Below, in pieces: positions 29,371 to 40,015 of a stretch of 64,000 bases of DNA. The position numbers and the translations under genes are program-made. How positions within the stretch are numbered: the first letter of the stretch is position 1; every line of letters starts with the position of its first letter. This DNA is from Candidatus Latescibacterota bacterium (GTDB taxonomy: Bacteria > Latescibacterota > UBA2968 > UBA8231): positions 2,720,001 to 2,784,000 of the forward strand of contig OZ241867.1 in assembly GCA_965203175.1 (NCBI GenBank), in the 5' to 3' direction. Below the pieces are notes generated by a model. That model was not told the origin of the DNA. It worked only from the letters and a program-made list of their open reading frames with translations, and made no database searches.

Positions 29371-30750
29371 CTAGCGCGTCCGATAGCGCCGCCAGCCGCT
29401 GCGCTCTACTCGCCAGCCGAGCGCGTCGAGGTAGGTCGCGCGGATCTGTTCGATGTGGCGGGTATGGGCTGCGGCCTTTTCTTCGCTAAAGGCGTAGTGG
29501 CGCAGGCGTTCGGGATCGAGTTCGACGCCCAGTCCTGGTCCCTTGGGCACGGCGAGGAACCCTTGGTCGTAGGCCATCTTGCCACCGCAGATCACGTCGT
29601 CGGCCCACTGGTTGTAATGCGCGTCGATCGCGTGCGCCGAGAAGGGCGGGAAGGCGCGGTCCCGTCCCCAGACGATGTGATAGGGCATCTCGTAGGGAAA
29701 GGTGAAGGCGGCAATGTGCAGGCGGATCGCCATCGCCGGTCCCAATTCATACGCGCTGTGCATGCCGATTCCCATGCCCAGAAAGCGCGCCGCGTCGTAG
29801 TAGCGCTTGAGCGCCAGCGGCCCCGCGTAGGCGTCGGGAGCGGAAATGTCGGCCGGTTGCCAGCGGCGCAGTGCGTCCAGATCCAACTCCGCGTCTAGGG
29901 CATCGTCGCCGTAGCGGCCCTTGGGGCTGGGATGCGGTACTAGCGGCGGCAGCCAAGCGTGCGACGAAATCGGTATGGAGCTCAACAGTCGCAGGCGATG
30001 ACCAGCGCGGAAGATGTGAGCGAAACGCCCGCCCACTGGTTCCTCAATCCACTCCAGATGGTAGTCCTCGACCTCGCGCATAAAGCGCAGCGCCTGCGCC
30101 TCGCCCCAAGAAGCGTGTGGATCGACGCGAATGTCCACGTCCGATCCCACGGCCGCGCGGATGTTGCACACCAATTCCACATAGTGCGGCGGCTCAAAAT
30201 CGCACATCGAGAGCTTGATGTTTTGGAAGCCGTGGGTGCGGATAATTTCCTGCACGTAGGAGGGGTAACTCTCAAAGGTGACGGCGTTTTCGCCGTTGAG
30301 GTCGGGGAAGCGATACCAAGTGTAGGCCGACATGGGCACGCGCTCTGCCAAGGGGGTTTCCAGTGCGAAGCATTCGTGCAAGTACTGGCCCAACGGTCGG
30401 TTGGCGATTTTGCCGATTAGGTCCCAGTAGGCCAGACCCATATCGGCGCGGATGCTTGGATCAAAAGGATTTTTGCCCAGGGCGTTGCCCTTTAATTCTT
30501 CGGCGTCCGCATTGGCTCCCTCGGCAATGCCGACCAAGCCTTTATCGGTCTCAAACTCGGCGAAGGTAAAACTCTCGGCCGAGCCATCCCAGCGCTTGGT
30601 TCCAACCCAAGGCATTAGCACCCGGAAGACGCGCACGTCGCGGATGGTGTGCCCGGCTGCAAGACCTTCGTCTTGGATGCGCTGCTCGACGGCTTTGGCT
30701 TGGGCGACGGTCTCGCGGTCGAATTCGGCTAACTCTGCTATGGGATCCAT
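29371..30750 (-). CDS. Enolase-superfamily enzyme, glucarate-dehydratase-like with a divergent active site
   Basis: WDLIGK, RVDPH, EWIEEP, GMHSAYELG, IDAHY, GPGLGVELDPE. Confidence 0.75.
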   Translation of the reverse strand: MDPIAELAEFDRETVAQAKAVEQRIQDEGLAAGHTIRDVRVFRVLMPWVGTKRWDGSAESFTFAEFETDKGLVGIAEGANADAEELKGNALGKNPFDPSIRADMGLAYWDLIGKIANRPLGQYLHECFALETPLAERVPMSAYTWYRFPDLNGENAVTFESYPSYVQEIIRTHGFQNIKLSMCDFEPPHYVELVCNIRAAVGSDVDIRVDPHASWGEAQALRFMREVEDYHLEWIEEPVGGRFAHIFRAGHRLRLLSSIPISSHAWLPPLVPHPSPKGRYGDDALDAELDLDALRRWQPADISAPDAYAGPLALKRYYDAARFLGMGIGMHSAYELGPAMAIRLHIAAFTFPYEMPYHIVWGRDRAFPPFSAHAIDAHYNQWADDVICGGKMAYDQGFLAVPKGPGLGVELDPERLRHYAFSEEKAAAHTRHIEQIRATYLDALGWRVERSGWRRYRTR

Positions 30751-30937
30751 GTGGCGTTTTCTCCGGTGTAATGGTAGTCGGCTAGTACTAATCCTACTTC
30801 TCTAGGCGTCAAAGAAGGCGGAGGATCTGAATCTACGCAGACGTGCTTTTTCTCTGCAACCGATATAGGGATGCCCTTGCTCTACTCGGATTCGGCGGAG
30901 TATATTGACGCCCTTAATGTAAAGGAGAACCAACGAC

Positions 30938-31972
30938 TTGATCGATTCTATAGACCTCTTTGAGAGCGGCACCCAAGGCTACCACACCTTTCGCATCCCA
31001 GCCCTGATTACCACGCTCACCGGTACGGTGCTTGCCTTTTGCGAGGGCCGCAAAAACGCCCGCGGCGATACCGGCGACATCGACATGCTGCTGCGGCGCA
31101 GCGACGACGGCGGGCAGACGTTTGCTCCCTTTGAGCTGGTGTGGGACGACGGCCCGAACACCTGCGGCAATCCCTGTCCGGTGATCGATGCCCGCACGGG
31201 TGCGATTTCTCTACTGATGACGCACAACCTCGGCTATGACCACGAGCCCGAGATCATCGACCAAACGAGCGAGGGCACTCGCACCGTGTGGCTGACGCGC
31301 AGCGAGGACGACGGACGCACTTGGTCGCTTCCGGTGGAGATCACGTCCGTAGCGAAGCAACCTAACTGGACTTGGTACGCCACCGGCCCAGGCGCTGGCA
31401 TCCAGCTAGCCACCGGTCGGCTCGTCGTTCCCTGCGACCACATTGAAGCGGGCACCAAGAAATACTACTCGCACGTCTTGCTCAGCGACGATGGCGGCCA
31501 AAGCTGGCGGCTCGGCGGCTCGACCCCGCAAGATCAAGTCAACGAGTGCGAAGTTGTCGAGCTGCAGGACGGCCGTCTGTTGCTCAACATGCGCAACTAC
31601 GACCCAAGTATCCGCGCCCGCGCTTTTTCGTTTAGCGACGATGGCGGTCAGAGTTGGTCGTCTATAGCGCGCGATCCCGTCCTCGTCGAGCCGATCTGCC
31701 AGGCCAGCATCCGCCGGGTCGGCACTAGCGTGCTCTTTTCCAACCCCGCCAGCAGTGAGGGCCGCCAGAACATGACTGTGCGGCTCAGCGACGACGAAGG
31801 CCAAACGTGGGCCTGCGCCCGCGTTTTACACCCTGGTCCATCAGCGTACTCCTGTCTGGCCGCCTTGCCCGATGGTCGCGCCGCCTGTCTTTATGAATGC
31901 GGTGCCGAGCATCCCTATGAGCGCTTGATCCTGGCCCGCTTCTCGCTGGACTGGGTGCGCGCCACGTCCTGA
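30938..31972 (+). CDS. Exo-alpha-sialidase (GH33)
   Basis: FRIP motif; Asp-boxes [24 protein letters not shown] (x2), SDDEGQTW; SAYSCL. Confidence 0.9.
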   Translation: MIDSIDLFESGTQGYHTFRIPALITTLTGTVLAFCEGRKNARGDTGDIDMLLRRSDDGGQTFAPFELVWDDGPNTCGNPCPVIDARTGAISLLMTHNLGYDHEPEIIDQTSEGTRTVWLTRSEDDGRTWSLPVEITSVAKQPNWTWYATGPGAGIQLATGRLVVPCDHIEAGTKKYYSHVLLSDDGGQSWRLGGSTPQDQVNECEVVELQDGRLLLNMRNYDPSIRARAFSFSDDGGQSWSSIARDPVLVEPICQASIRRVGTSVLFSNPASSEGRQNMTVRLSDDEGQTWACARVLHPGPSAYSCLAALPDGRAACLYECGAEHPYERLILARFSLDWVRATS

Positions 31973-31980
31973 GGAATTTT

Positions 31981-33147
31981 ATGAAAATCACCGACATCCG
32001 CACCCTTTGCCTTTCCCGCCCCCACGAACCCGAACTCCAGTGGTTCAGCGCCTCCTTCTACGTGGAAAAAGCCGACTGTCCCATCGTCGTCATCGACACG
32101 GATGCCGGCTTACAGGGCATTGCCGAACCTTCTACCTATGGCGATCCACCGGTCATTCGCCAGCGGCTCGACGCGCTCAAGCCCAGTCTCATCGGCCGCG
32201 ATCCGCTCGACCCGGATCTCGCGTCCAAACCCACTGGCGACCGCTCGATGTCCATTGCCTACGCTGGTCTCGAACTGGCGCTGTGGGATCTGCGCGCCAA
32301 GGCGCAAAACAAAACAGTCGCCGAACTCATCGTCCCCCTCATCACGCCCGACATTCCCGAGCGCAAACCGCATACCCTCTTCCGCATCTACGCTTCGGGC
32401 GGCGTCCAGTACGACTGGGACGACCACCCCACATCCGTCGTCGATGAAGCGCGCGCCCTTGCCGACCAGGGATTTACCGCCTATAAGATGCGGCTGGGCA
32501 CCGAGTGGTCGTGGTCGGGCGTCACGGTTGCGCAGATGATCGGCCTGTTGCAGGAGGTGACCGACGCGGTGGGCGAGCGCATGGAGCTGATGCTGGAGGG
32601 CAATTGCCGTCTCGACGAGGCGCAGGCCCGCGAGATTGGCCACTTTCTCGACGAAGCGGGCTGGACTTGGTTTGAAGAACCGCTGCCCAAGGAGCAGATC
32701 GACGGCTACGCCCGCCTCAACGCCGAACTACATCTGCCTATTACCGGCGGCGAATCCAACTCGACCCTCGACCAGTTTGAGCCGTTCTTCGCGCAAAAAG
32801 CGTACGCCAAGGGCCAACTCGACGTCGGCGTCTGTAGCCTCGGCGAGGCCATCCGCATCTATCACTGCGCCAAAGAATATGACATCGAGCTTTTCACTCA
32901 GAACTGGCACAACGGCCTGTTGACCATATCTAACGCCCACTTCCTAGCCGCTCTTCCCGAAGAACACGTGCTGGAAATGTTCATCGGCCAAGGGCCGTTG
33001 CAATGGGACATTCTCAAAGATCCGCCCGCGACCGAAGGCTACCTCGCGCTGCCCGACGCGCCCGGTTGGGGCGTGGAACTGGCCGACGATCTCGAAACGC
33101 GCTTTCCCTACATCCCGGGGCCTTGGGGCCGTGCGGTGGAGCGCTGA
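31981..33147 (+). CDS. Mandelate racemase/muconate lactonizing enzyme family protein
   Basis: GLELALWDLRAK, YASGG, WFEEP, ITGGE, PGWGVEL. Confidence 0.82.
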   Translation: MKITDIRTLCLSRPHEPELQWFSASFYVEKADCPIVVIDTDAGLQGIAEPSTYGDPPVIRQRLDALKPSLIGRDPLDPDLASKPTGDRSMSIAYAGLELALWDLRAKAQNKTVAELIVPLITPDIPERKPHTLFRIYASGGVQYDWDDHPTSVVDEARALADQGFTAYKMRLGTEWSWSGVTVAQMIGLLQEVTDAVGERMELMLEGNCRLDEAQAREIGHFLDEAGWTWFEEPLPKEQIDGYARLNAELHLPITGGESNSTLDQFEPFFAQKAYAKGQLDVGVCSLGEAIRIYHCAKEYDIELFTQNWHNGLLTISNAHFLAALPEEHVLEMFIGQGPLQWDILKDPPATEGYLALPDAPGWGVELADDLETRFPYIPGPWGRAVER

Positions 33148-33202
33148 GAAGAGCATTCAAATCCATACCGGACGTTTTGCGATGGTAGGGTAGCCCCAGG
33201 AT

Positions 33203-33232
33203 TTGACAACTGCCCTTGGCCCCCTATAAAAT
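33203..33232 (+). promoter_or_regulatory. Putative sigma-70 promoter for the RraA-family gene
   Basis: TTGACA (33203-33208) with TATAAA/TAAAAT at 16/18-bp spacing. Confidence 0.5.
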
Positions 33233-33262
33233 AGTCCGCCCTCATTTACTTTTGGAGCCAAC

Positions 33263-33952
33263 ATGATTAAAGATCCTCCGCTACTTACTGTCCGTCGTAA
33301 CTTTCCGCGGCCCTCGGAAGCTATTCTACGTGCTCTCCGCAATGTTCCCACTGGCTTTATCGTTGACTGTATGAACGGTCGCGGTGCGCTTGACTACCGC
33401 ATCAAGCCGCTTGATTCCGACAACTGCAAGTTCGTCGCGCCCGTTGTCACCTGTCATCCAGGGCCGGGTGATAATCTCGCCGTCTTTGCCGCGCTTGAGA
33501 TTGCGCAGCGGGGAGACGCGATCTTCATCGCCACGGATACGTTCACCAAGACTGCGGTTGCCGGCGACAACATGATGGCCATGGGACGCAATCGAGGCAT
33601 CATCGGCTTTGTCACCGACGGCCTGATGCGCGACATAGATGGGATATTGCCCGTCGGTTTGCCCGCCTTTTGTCGGGGCATTACGCCCAACTCCTGTACC
33701 CGCAATGGCCCAGGTACGGCCGGGATGCCGGTGGTCATGGGTGGGATCTGCGTGGATGCTGGTGAGATCGCGGTTGCCGACCAAGACGGGGTGGTGGTCA
33801 TTCCCCACGACCAGTTCGATCACGTCTGCGCGACCCTACCCCAAGTGCGCGAGGCCGAGGAAAACCTCTCTCGCCAGATCCGCTTAGGTTTGGACAATAT
33901 GGAGGGGATACGCGAGTTACTCGACTCGGACCGCACGGAGCACGTCGACTAA
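33263..33952 (+). CDS. RraA family (HMG/CHA aldolase-like)
   Basis: PGDNLA, AVAGDNM, VTDGLMRD, VADQDGVVVIP. Confidence 0.85.
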   Translation: MIKDPPLLTVRRNFPRPSEAILRALRNVPTGFIVDCMNGRGALDYRIKPLDSDNCKFVAPVVTCHPGPGDNLAVFAALEIAQRGDAIFIATDTFTKTAVAGDNMMAMGRNRGIIGFVTDGLMRDIDGILPVGLPAFCRGITPNSCTRNGPGTAGMPVVMGGICVDAGEIAVADQDGVVVIPHDQFDHVCATLPQVREAEENLSRQIRLGLDNMEGIRELLDSDRTEHVD

Positions 33953-35952
33953 TCTTCGACGATCACCAAACTCGGCTGGTCGAGTGATACTTCTGGAAGC
34001 TGGTCGGCCTCCATTTCTTCTACGGTCCCGTCGGCTAGGCGATAAAGCCGCGCCAATCCCGCAATCTCCCAAGCGGATGGGACCGCAGCCCCCGCAACTG
34101 CTGGTAACAGCAGGGCCAACGTGCGGGTCGGTCCCTGGATCAGTCGCGCTGTCGTGCCGTCGCCTTCCACGCTAGTGGCCTCAGCAAAAGGCACGCGGAA
34201 GCGCTGTAGCAGCGCATTGAGGCAGCGCAGGACGCCGAAGACGGGGCGGGGGTTGCACAGGGGATCCAAAAGTCCCTGACCCACATCCATAGTGCGGTCC
34301 AGATCGATAAAAGGCTCGACAAAGAGCCGCGCCCTCGGCAGCAGCGCCGTTGCAAAAAGTGCTTCTGCGGCTTGGACTGAATCGTCTTGGTCGCTTTGTC
34401 CCGGCAACTCAAAGAGCAGATCTAGCCTTCCCATCGTGGTCAGGGTACTTACCTCGTGCCAAGCCAAGGCATCTTCCCAAGGGGCCGTTGCATCCAGTCG
34501 GCACAGGGCCGCTTCTATCCACGTGTCCGCGTTTTGCAACTGACGGTCGAGTTGGGCTACCTCGTCGGGCCGGTAGCCAATCCGGGTACGAGGGTGCTGC
34601 TTGCCGGCTATCTGTTGGCCGGGGATTACTGGAGCCAAGGATAGCCGCAAATTGCGGTGGTAGCTCTTGAACAGATATAGACACGACGACGATGGCCAAG
34701 GCCCGCCCGGCGTCTGGATCTCCCAAGTGTCTACTTGGTCGCGGTGACTTTCCAAGATGGACTCGTAAGAGGTATTCTCGTCGTCGAGAATGGTCGCCTG
34801 CACCTGGACGCCTTGGCTGCGCAAAAAGCGCAGGCGGTCGCCGGACTGGTCCAAGTCGGTCCAGGGACAGCGCAGGGCCTGTGCGCCTAGCTCCAGACAG
34901 GCCAGCAGGGGATAGTCGTTGCGCACCGGCTGACGCACTACCGAGGGAAAGGTTGTGGGGACTTCTGTTTCCCAGCCCAGTGGGTGGGTCGCGGTCAGTC
35001 CCAACGGGGCCCCGCCCAAGTCGGCGATTGCTGGGGTAAGTAATCGCTGTGGACCCGGTGCCCAATCCTGTGCCCCGGCAGTGCGGATCAGGTGGATGTC
35101 GAGTCGGTTGTGGCGCAGACGGCATAGGTAAAAACCCAACTTGGGCTGGTCGTTGCGGCCCTGCTCGGGTGGCGGTGCGCTGCTGAACAAGTGGCTAAGA
35201 CCGGGCCGCGCAAAAGAAGTGGAAGGGACAGTGCGATAGTACAAGGCACCCGCTAGCTCGCAAAAGGAAAAGTGCACATGGGCTGCAAAGAGCCAAGCCA
35301 CTTGGTGGGCGGCTAACAATTTTAGCAGCCACGTGCGGGCTGGTTCGCCGATGTTGTCGTAGTGGCCTAGATGCGGCTCCGCGGGATTGTGCAAGTAGGG
35401 CGGCAGGTGCAAAAACACTGCGATGCGCATCTGGGCGTGCGCGGCCAAGTCGGCTTCCAACCAAGTCCTTTGCTTTTCCTCGGCTGGCAGGCCGGTGTTC
35501 AGAATCTGGCTGTTGAGTATTACTAGATGCAGATCGTGATAGGCAAAGCTGTACCAAGACGAGCCAAAGCGCCGGTGGTATGCGTCCAACCCCTCAGCCG
35601 TGACTGGATGGGTGGGCATGGTGGGGTCGGGTTTATCGCCTAGGTCGTGGTTGCCAGCCACCCAGCGCGGCTGCACGCCGCAGGCGGCCATTTGCTCTAG
35701 GGCTTGGTCCAAGGCCGGGACAAAGCCCGCGCTCTCTGGGTACTCTTGCACCACATCGCCCATGTGCACGACAAAATCCGGCTCCAAGGCAGCTACCAAG
35801 CGCAACGCCGCGCCCGCCCGCTGGCTCTGTTGGGCGCGGGAGGGGAATTCGTCCATGCCGACGCCCCCTTCCAGCGCATAGTGAGTATCGGAGATGACGA
35901 CGAATTCGCCTAGGGCCTCGGGCAACAGGGTGCGGTCGAATAGGGTGGGCAT
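33949..35952 (-). CDS. Calcineurin-like metallophosphoesterase with a C-terminal extension
   Basis: ISDTH, VHMGDVV, AGNHDLG, FLHLP, AAHVH. Confidence 0.8.
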   Translation of the reverse strand: MPTLFDRTLLPEALGEFVVISDTHYALEGGVGMDEFPSRAQQSQRAGAALRLVAALEPDFVVHMGDVVQEYPESAGFVPALDQALEQMAACGVQPRWVAGNHDLGDKPDPTMPTHPVTAEGLDAYHRRFGSSWYSFAYHDLHLVILNSQILNTGLPAEEKQRTWLEADLAAHAQMRIAVFLHLPPYLHNPAEPHLGHYDNIGEPARTWLLKLLAAHQVAWLFAAHVHFSFCELAGALYYRTVPSTSFARPGLSHLFSSAPPPEQGRNDQPKLGFYLCRLRHNRLDIHLIRTAGAQDWAPGPQRLLTPAIADLGGAPLGLTATHPLGWETEVPTTFPSVVRQPVRNDYPLLACLELGAQALRCPWTDLDQSGDRLRFLRSQGVQVQATILDDENTSYESILESHRDQVDTWEIQTPGGPWPSSSCLYLFKSYHRNLRLSLAPVIPGQQIAGKQHPRTRIGYRPDEVAQLDRQLQNADTWIEAALCRLDATAPWEDALAWHEVSTLTTMGRLDLLFELPGQSDQDDSVQAAEALFATALLPRARLFVEPFIDLDRTMDVGQGLLDPLCNPRPVFGVLRCLNALLQRFRVPFAEATSVEGDGTTARLIQGPTRTLALLLPAVAGAAVPSAWEIAGLARLYRLADGTVEEMEADQLPEVSLDQPSLVIVED

Positions 35953-35956
35953 CGCG

Positions 35957-37726
35957 TTATCCAACTGGGCGCAAATTGAGCAACACCAACAGCCAAGACC
36001 GCGCCCAGTACGAAGTGTTCATGTAGGGATTCTCCGCTGAGGGCCACCCCGTCCAGTACGTCTCGTTGACCGGGATTCGGTGGGGCCACTGCACAAGCGG
36101 GATCGCCGGCAACTCGGCGAGCCAGATCGCTATTGCCTGTCGGTAAATTGCCATCATCTCGGGTGCATCGTTGGGCGTCTGCGCCATGCGATCGACTAAT
36201 GCGTCGAAGTCGGCGTTCTGCCAGCGCCAGTAGTGTTCGGCGGTCTCACCCGTCGGCCTGGCGAAACGGCTGTGGTAGTGGCTCAGCACTTGGTAGGGAT
36301 CGCGCATTGAGCTTAGGTTGCCAAACATAAAAGCGCGCGCTTCGCCTTGGGCCATCCGCGAAATGTAGTCCGAAGTCATGCGGAACGAGGCGTCAAAACC
36401 CGCCGCTTGGAGCTGGGCGACCAAAACGGGTGTCAGGTCCTGGAAGTGCGCGAAGATATCGATGACAAGCGAAAATACCTCGCCGTCCTTCGTCCAGAAA
36501 CCATCCGGTCCCCGCATCCACCCCTTGCGTGACATGATCGCCGCGGTGCGCGCGGTGTCGTGGACGCCAATCTCGTATTGGGCAACTAGATCCGCTGCCG
36601 CGGCGAAGTAGGGCTGCATCTGCGGCACGTCCGGCAGCGGCAACAGCGCGTAGTCGCCCGAGTTCTGCCAGCCGATTTCAACCAGTTGTTTGCGGTCGAT
36701 GGCGAAGTTGATCGCCCGGCGGATCTCGGGATCGTCGAAAGGGGCCTCCATATTGTTGAACCCCAAGGTGATCGCCCACGGCGTCATGTAGCTGTAGGGT
36801 GGCTCTCGCCCCGTCCAAGTGCTCATTTTGTCGTGTTGTTCGAGCAAGGTGATGATATTGGACGGTCGGAGCTCCAAACACGTGTCGAGCTTGTTGGCCA
36901 GCAGGTTCTGCACCCGCTGATGCTCTTCCATATAGGGCAGAAAGATCAAGCGCTCGACCTGCGGCAGCGCGTGGAAGCCGGTTTTGGCCGCCCACCAGTC
37001 CGGGCGCAGATCCCAGATTCGCTGTGCTGGCTCCGATAGCGCAATGTGGTATGGCCCCGTGACCACTGGCCAACCGCTGGCCAGATCGTAATTGGCAAAG
37101 CGCAAGGGATCTTGCCCTTTCCAGATGTGTTCGGGGACGATCGGCACTCCGTTGCCATGGTTGTGGGTGAAATAACTGAACAGAAAGCGCGGGTTGGGCG
37201 ATTTGAGGACGATCTTCGCCGTCAGGCTGTCGAGCGCCACGGCCTCTTGGACCCAGGTCTCCATGTCGGTCGAGAACACCAGATTCGGCGCGTGTTCTTT
37301 GAGCATATTGACCGTAAAGACAAAATCGTGCGCCGTCCACGGCTGCCCGTCGCTCCACTCCACACCTGGGCGTATATCCACTACGACTTCGGTGTAATCC
37401 GCGTTGAAGCGGTGCCCGGTGGCGATCCACGGCAGCGGTTCGGCGTCGATCTTGTAGCCATTGAAGAAATAGAGCGGCTCGTAGAGAAATTGATAGCCGA
37501 TCCGCGAGATGCCACCAGGCACGAAGGGGTTGAAGGTGTTGTAGTCTTGGATCTGGCCGCCGCAGGTGTTGTTCTCGGCGCAATCGACGATCAGCGTGCG
37601 GTTGCGCGGCACTTGCTGCAAACCGTTCGTCGCCTGTTCGCTGGTACAGGCTACCAAGGTCGCGCTGCAGAGAAGGGCCAAGTGCCAAGCGCACGTCGCC
37701 CAAATTGCCATAGACCGTTTTCCCAT
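35957..37726 (-). CDS. ABC transporter substrate-binding lipoprotein (family 5, peptide/oligosaccharide)
   Basis: Lipobox LVAC; LYEPL, IRPGVEWSDGQPWTAHD, TGPY, PFDDPEIRRAINFAIDR. Confidence 0.88.
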   Translation of the reverse strand: MGKRSMAIWATCAWHLALLCSATLVACTSEQATNGLQQVPRNRTLIVDCAENNTCGGQIQDYNTFNPFVPGGISRIGYQFLYEPLYFFNGYKIDAEPLPWIATGHRFNADYTEVVVDIRPGVEWSDGQPWTAHDFVFTVNMLKEHAPNLVFSTDMETWVQEAVALDSLTAKIVLKSPNPRFLFSYFTHNHGNGVPIVPEHIWKGQDPLRFANYDLASGWPVVTGPYHIALSEPAQRIWDLRPDWWAAKTGFHALPQVERLIFLPYMEEHQRVQNLLANKLDTCLELRPSNIITLLEQHDKMSTWTGREPPYSYMTPWAITLGFNNMEAPFDDPEIRRAINFAIDRKQLVEIGWQNSGDYALLPLPDVPQMQPYFAAAADLVAQYEIGVHDTARTAAIMSRKGWMRGPDGFWTKDGEVFSLVIDIFAHFQDLTPVLVAQLQAAGFDASFRMTSDYISRMAQGEARAFMFGNLSSMRDPYQVLSHYHSRFARPTGETAEHYWRWQNADFDALVDRMAQTPNDAPEMMAIYRQAIAIWLAELPAIPLVQWPHRIPVNETYWTGWPSAENPYMNTSYWARSWLLVLLNLRPVG

Positions 37727-37896
37727 ATTCGCCGTACTTTCCTCCGTGCAAGACTTATTGAGCACAACGGGAGGTAACATAACGCGCGGAGTTCTCCGCT
37801 GTCCATATCCGATTTTGCGCTGTCCCTTGAGCGAGAGGGCCGCGTGCGCTAATATGGAAGGTGTTCCTGCCCACCCTCACTCCCCGAGGTAATGCC

Positions 37897-38343
37897 ATGA
37901 ACCCCTTACTCCCCTTCGCCTTATTGGCGCTCACCGCCTGCTCCGACCCCTGCGCCGAATCCATTGACCAAGCCTTCCTCGACCGGGAAGCTGCCAAGGA
38001 AGGAGCCGTGCGCACCGAATCTGGCCTCATCTATCAAGAGCTAAAAGGGGGTTACGGCCCCCAGCCAGGGCCTAAAGACCGCGTCACTGTCCACTACAAG
38101 GGCATGTTTGCCGACGGCGAGGTCTTCGACAGCTCGTACGAACGGGGCCGTCCCAGCACGCTCTCGCTCAAAAGGGTCATCCCCGGCTGGACCGAGGGAC
38201 TACAGATGATGAAGGGCGGCGGTCAGGCGCGGCTGGTGATCCCGCCGGATTTGGCCTACGGCAAAAAGGGCAAGCCTGGCAGCATCCCCTCGTGCGCGAC
38301 CTTAATTTTTGAAATCGAGTTATACGAGATAAAAGGGAGTTAA
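37897..38343 (+). CDS. FKBP-type peptidyl-prolyl isomerase lipoprotein
   Basis: LTAC; TESGLIY, VTVHYKG, FDSSYERG, VIPGWTEGL, IPPDLAYG. Confidence 0.92.
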   Translation: MNPLLPFALLALTACSDPCAESIDQAFLDREAAKEGAVRTESGLIYQELKGGYGPQPGPKDRVTVHYKGMFADGEVFDSSYERGRPSTLSLKRVIPGWTEGLQMMKGGGQARLVIPPDLAYGKKGKPGSIPSCATLIFEIELYEIKGS

Positions 38344-38347
38344 ATCC

Positions 38348-39211
38348 ATGAGCAACCTGCCGCGCCGCAACATGGGGCGCACTGGTATGCAGCCTCGGGC
38401 GCTCGGCATGGGCGCAGCCTTTGTCGGTGCATCCGGCGAGGCCGAGACCATCGCCACCATCGAACGCGCTCTCGATTTAGGTATAGACTATTTCGACAGC
38501 TATGCTGGCCGCAACGAGGACCGCTGGGGCAAGGCGCTATCCGGCGTCGAGCGGTCGAGCTATTACATGCAGGCTAAGGTCGGCCCGCACCCGGAGCGTC
38601 CCAAGGACTTTTCGGCGGAGGCTACGCGCTGGAGCGTCGAACAGAGTCTGCAATCGATTCGCGTCGATTACCTCGACGCTGTGTTGGTTCACGACCCGCC
38701 CGATATTGCCGATCCGTTAGGCCCCGGTCGCGCCTTCGACGAGCTGCAGGAAATGAAGCAAGAGGGTCTGGTGCGTCACATTGGTTTGGGGGTCCGCGAT
38801 CACGACTTCCACCGCGCCGCCATTGAGGCCAGCCACGCCGAGATTGTCCTCACGTTCCTCGACTACACGCTGCTCGACCAATCCGTCGCCCGTACCACCA
38901 TGCGCTTGGCCAAAAAGCACGGCACGGGCCTGATCTTGGCTAGCGTCTTCGGCATGGGACGCTTGACCGGCATCGAGCCGGATCGGGCCGCTGAGCCGCG
39001 TGCTCACGCCATGTGGGAATGGTGCCAAGAGCAGGACGTGGATATCAAACACTTGGCCATGCAGTTCTGCCTCGACGCGCCCATCGACGGCATCGTCATG
39101 AGCGGCCCGGCCGACCGCCACCAGCTTCAGGACGCGTACGATGCAGCGACTCAGGAAGTGCCCGCTGAAATTTGGGTGGCGTTTGAGGAGAAGTTCGGCG
39201 TCGGGATCTAG
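38348..39211 (+). CDS. Aldo/keto reductase
   Basis: MGRTG...LGMG, GIDYFDS, AKVG, DYLDAVLVHDP, GLVRHIGLG. Confidence 0.85.
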   Translation: MSNLPRRNMGRTGMQPRALGMGAAFVGASGEAETIATIERALDLGIDYFDSYAGRNEDRWGKALSGVERSSYYMQAKVGPHPERPKDFSAEATRWSVEQSLQSIRVDYLDAVLVHDPPDIADPLGPGRAFDELQEMKQEGLVRHIGLGVRDHDFHRAAIEASHAEIVLTFLDYTLLDQSVARTTMRLAKKHGTGLILASVFGMGRLTGIEPDRAAEPRAHAMWEWCQEQDVDIKHLAMQFCLDAPIDGIVMSGPADRHQLQDAYDAATQEVPAEIWVAFEEKFGVGI

Positions 39212-39268
39212 GCAGTGGTTTAGACTTGACATCTGGAATCAGAATTAATCTCGTCAGATGGAGTAGCA

Positions 39269-40015
39269 ATGGATTCATCTTTACCTGAATGGCGCAGTTA
39301 CTTCGCAACGATCGCGGATTCGTATGATCGGCTCCAGCCCGTCTTAAGTCCCCCTTACAGTAAGGGTTTGGAAATGATTGTGGATCTGATTCCCTTTGAT
39401 GCCGATGCCGCATTCGAGTTTGTGGATCTTGGCTGTGGCACGGCCGAGCCGACCAAGCGGGTGTTGGAACACTTCCGCCATGCTACTGGCACCTGCATAG
39501 ACAGCGAACCGGAGATGCTTGAGCTCGCTAGGCGGAAGCTGGTGTCGTATTCAGATCGGATCGAGGTACGGGAAGAGGACATCACTAGTTGTGATATTCA
39601 GCCGTGTGATTTGGTGTTCTCAGCTAAGACTATTCACCACGTTCCGCCGGCCGGTCTGCCCGAACTTTTTGCCCGGATTGCAGGTGCACTCCGGTCGGGT
39701 AGTTGCTTCGTCCTGTACGACGCGATGTCGGTCGGACCCCGCTGGGGAGCAAGTGTTCGGCAGCAGACGTCGCGTTTCCGCCAGCGCCATCTCCAAGACG
39801 CCGTTGCTTCAGGGGTCGCTACTAAGCAAGAGATCGATGCTAGAGTGGAGTACAAGCGGGCGATGAAGGCCGCAGGGCAGGATGTAGAATACGAACACAG
39901 TGCAGAGAACATGATCGACGCCATGGTCGAGGCTGGGTTTGATGAAGTGGCTGTCGTCTGGCGCATGTTTGCCGACACGATTCTGTTGGCTTTTACACCT
40001 ACCAAGGATGCCTAA
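39269..40015 (+). CDS. Class I SAM-dependent methyltransferase
   Basis: VDLGCGTA, IDSEPEML, SAKTIHH. Confidence 0.82.
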   Translation: MDSSLPEWRSYFATIADSYDRLQPVLSPPYSKGLEMIVDLIPFDADAAFEFVDLGCGTAEPTKRVLEHFRHATGTCIDSEPEMLELARRKLVSYSDRIEVREEDITSCDIQPCDLVFSAKTIHHVPPAGLPELFARIAGALRSGSCFVLYDAMSVGPRWGASVRQQTSRFRQRHLQDAVASGVATKQEIDARVEYKRAMKAAGQDVEYEHSAENMIDAMVEAGFDEVAVVWRMFADTILLAFTPTKDA

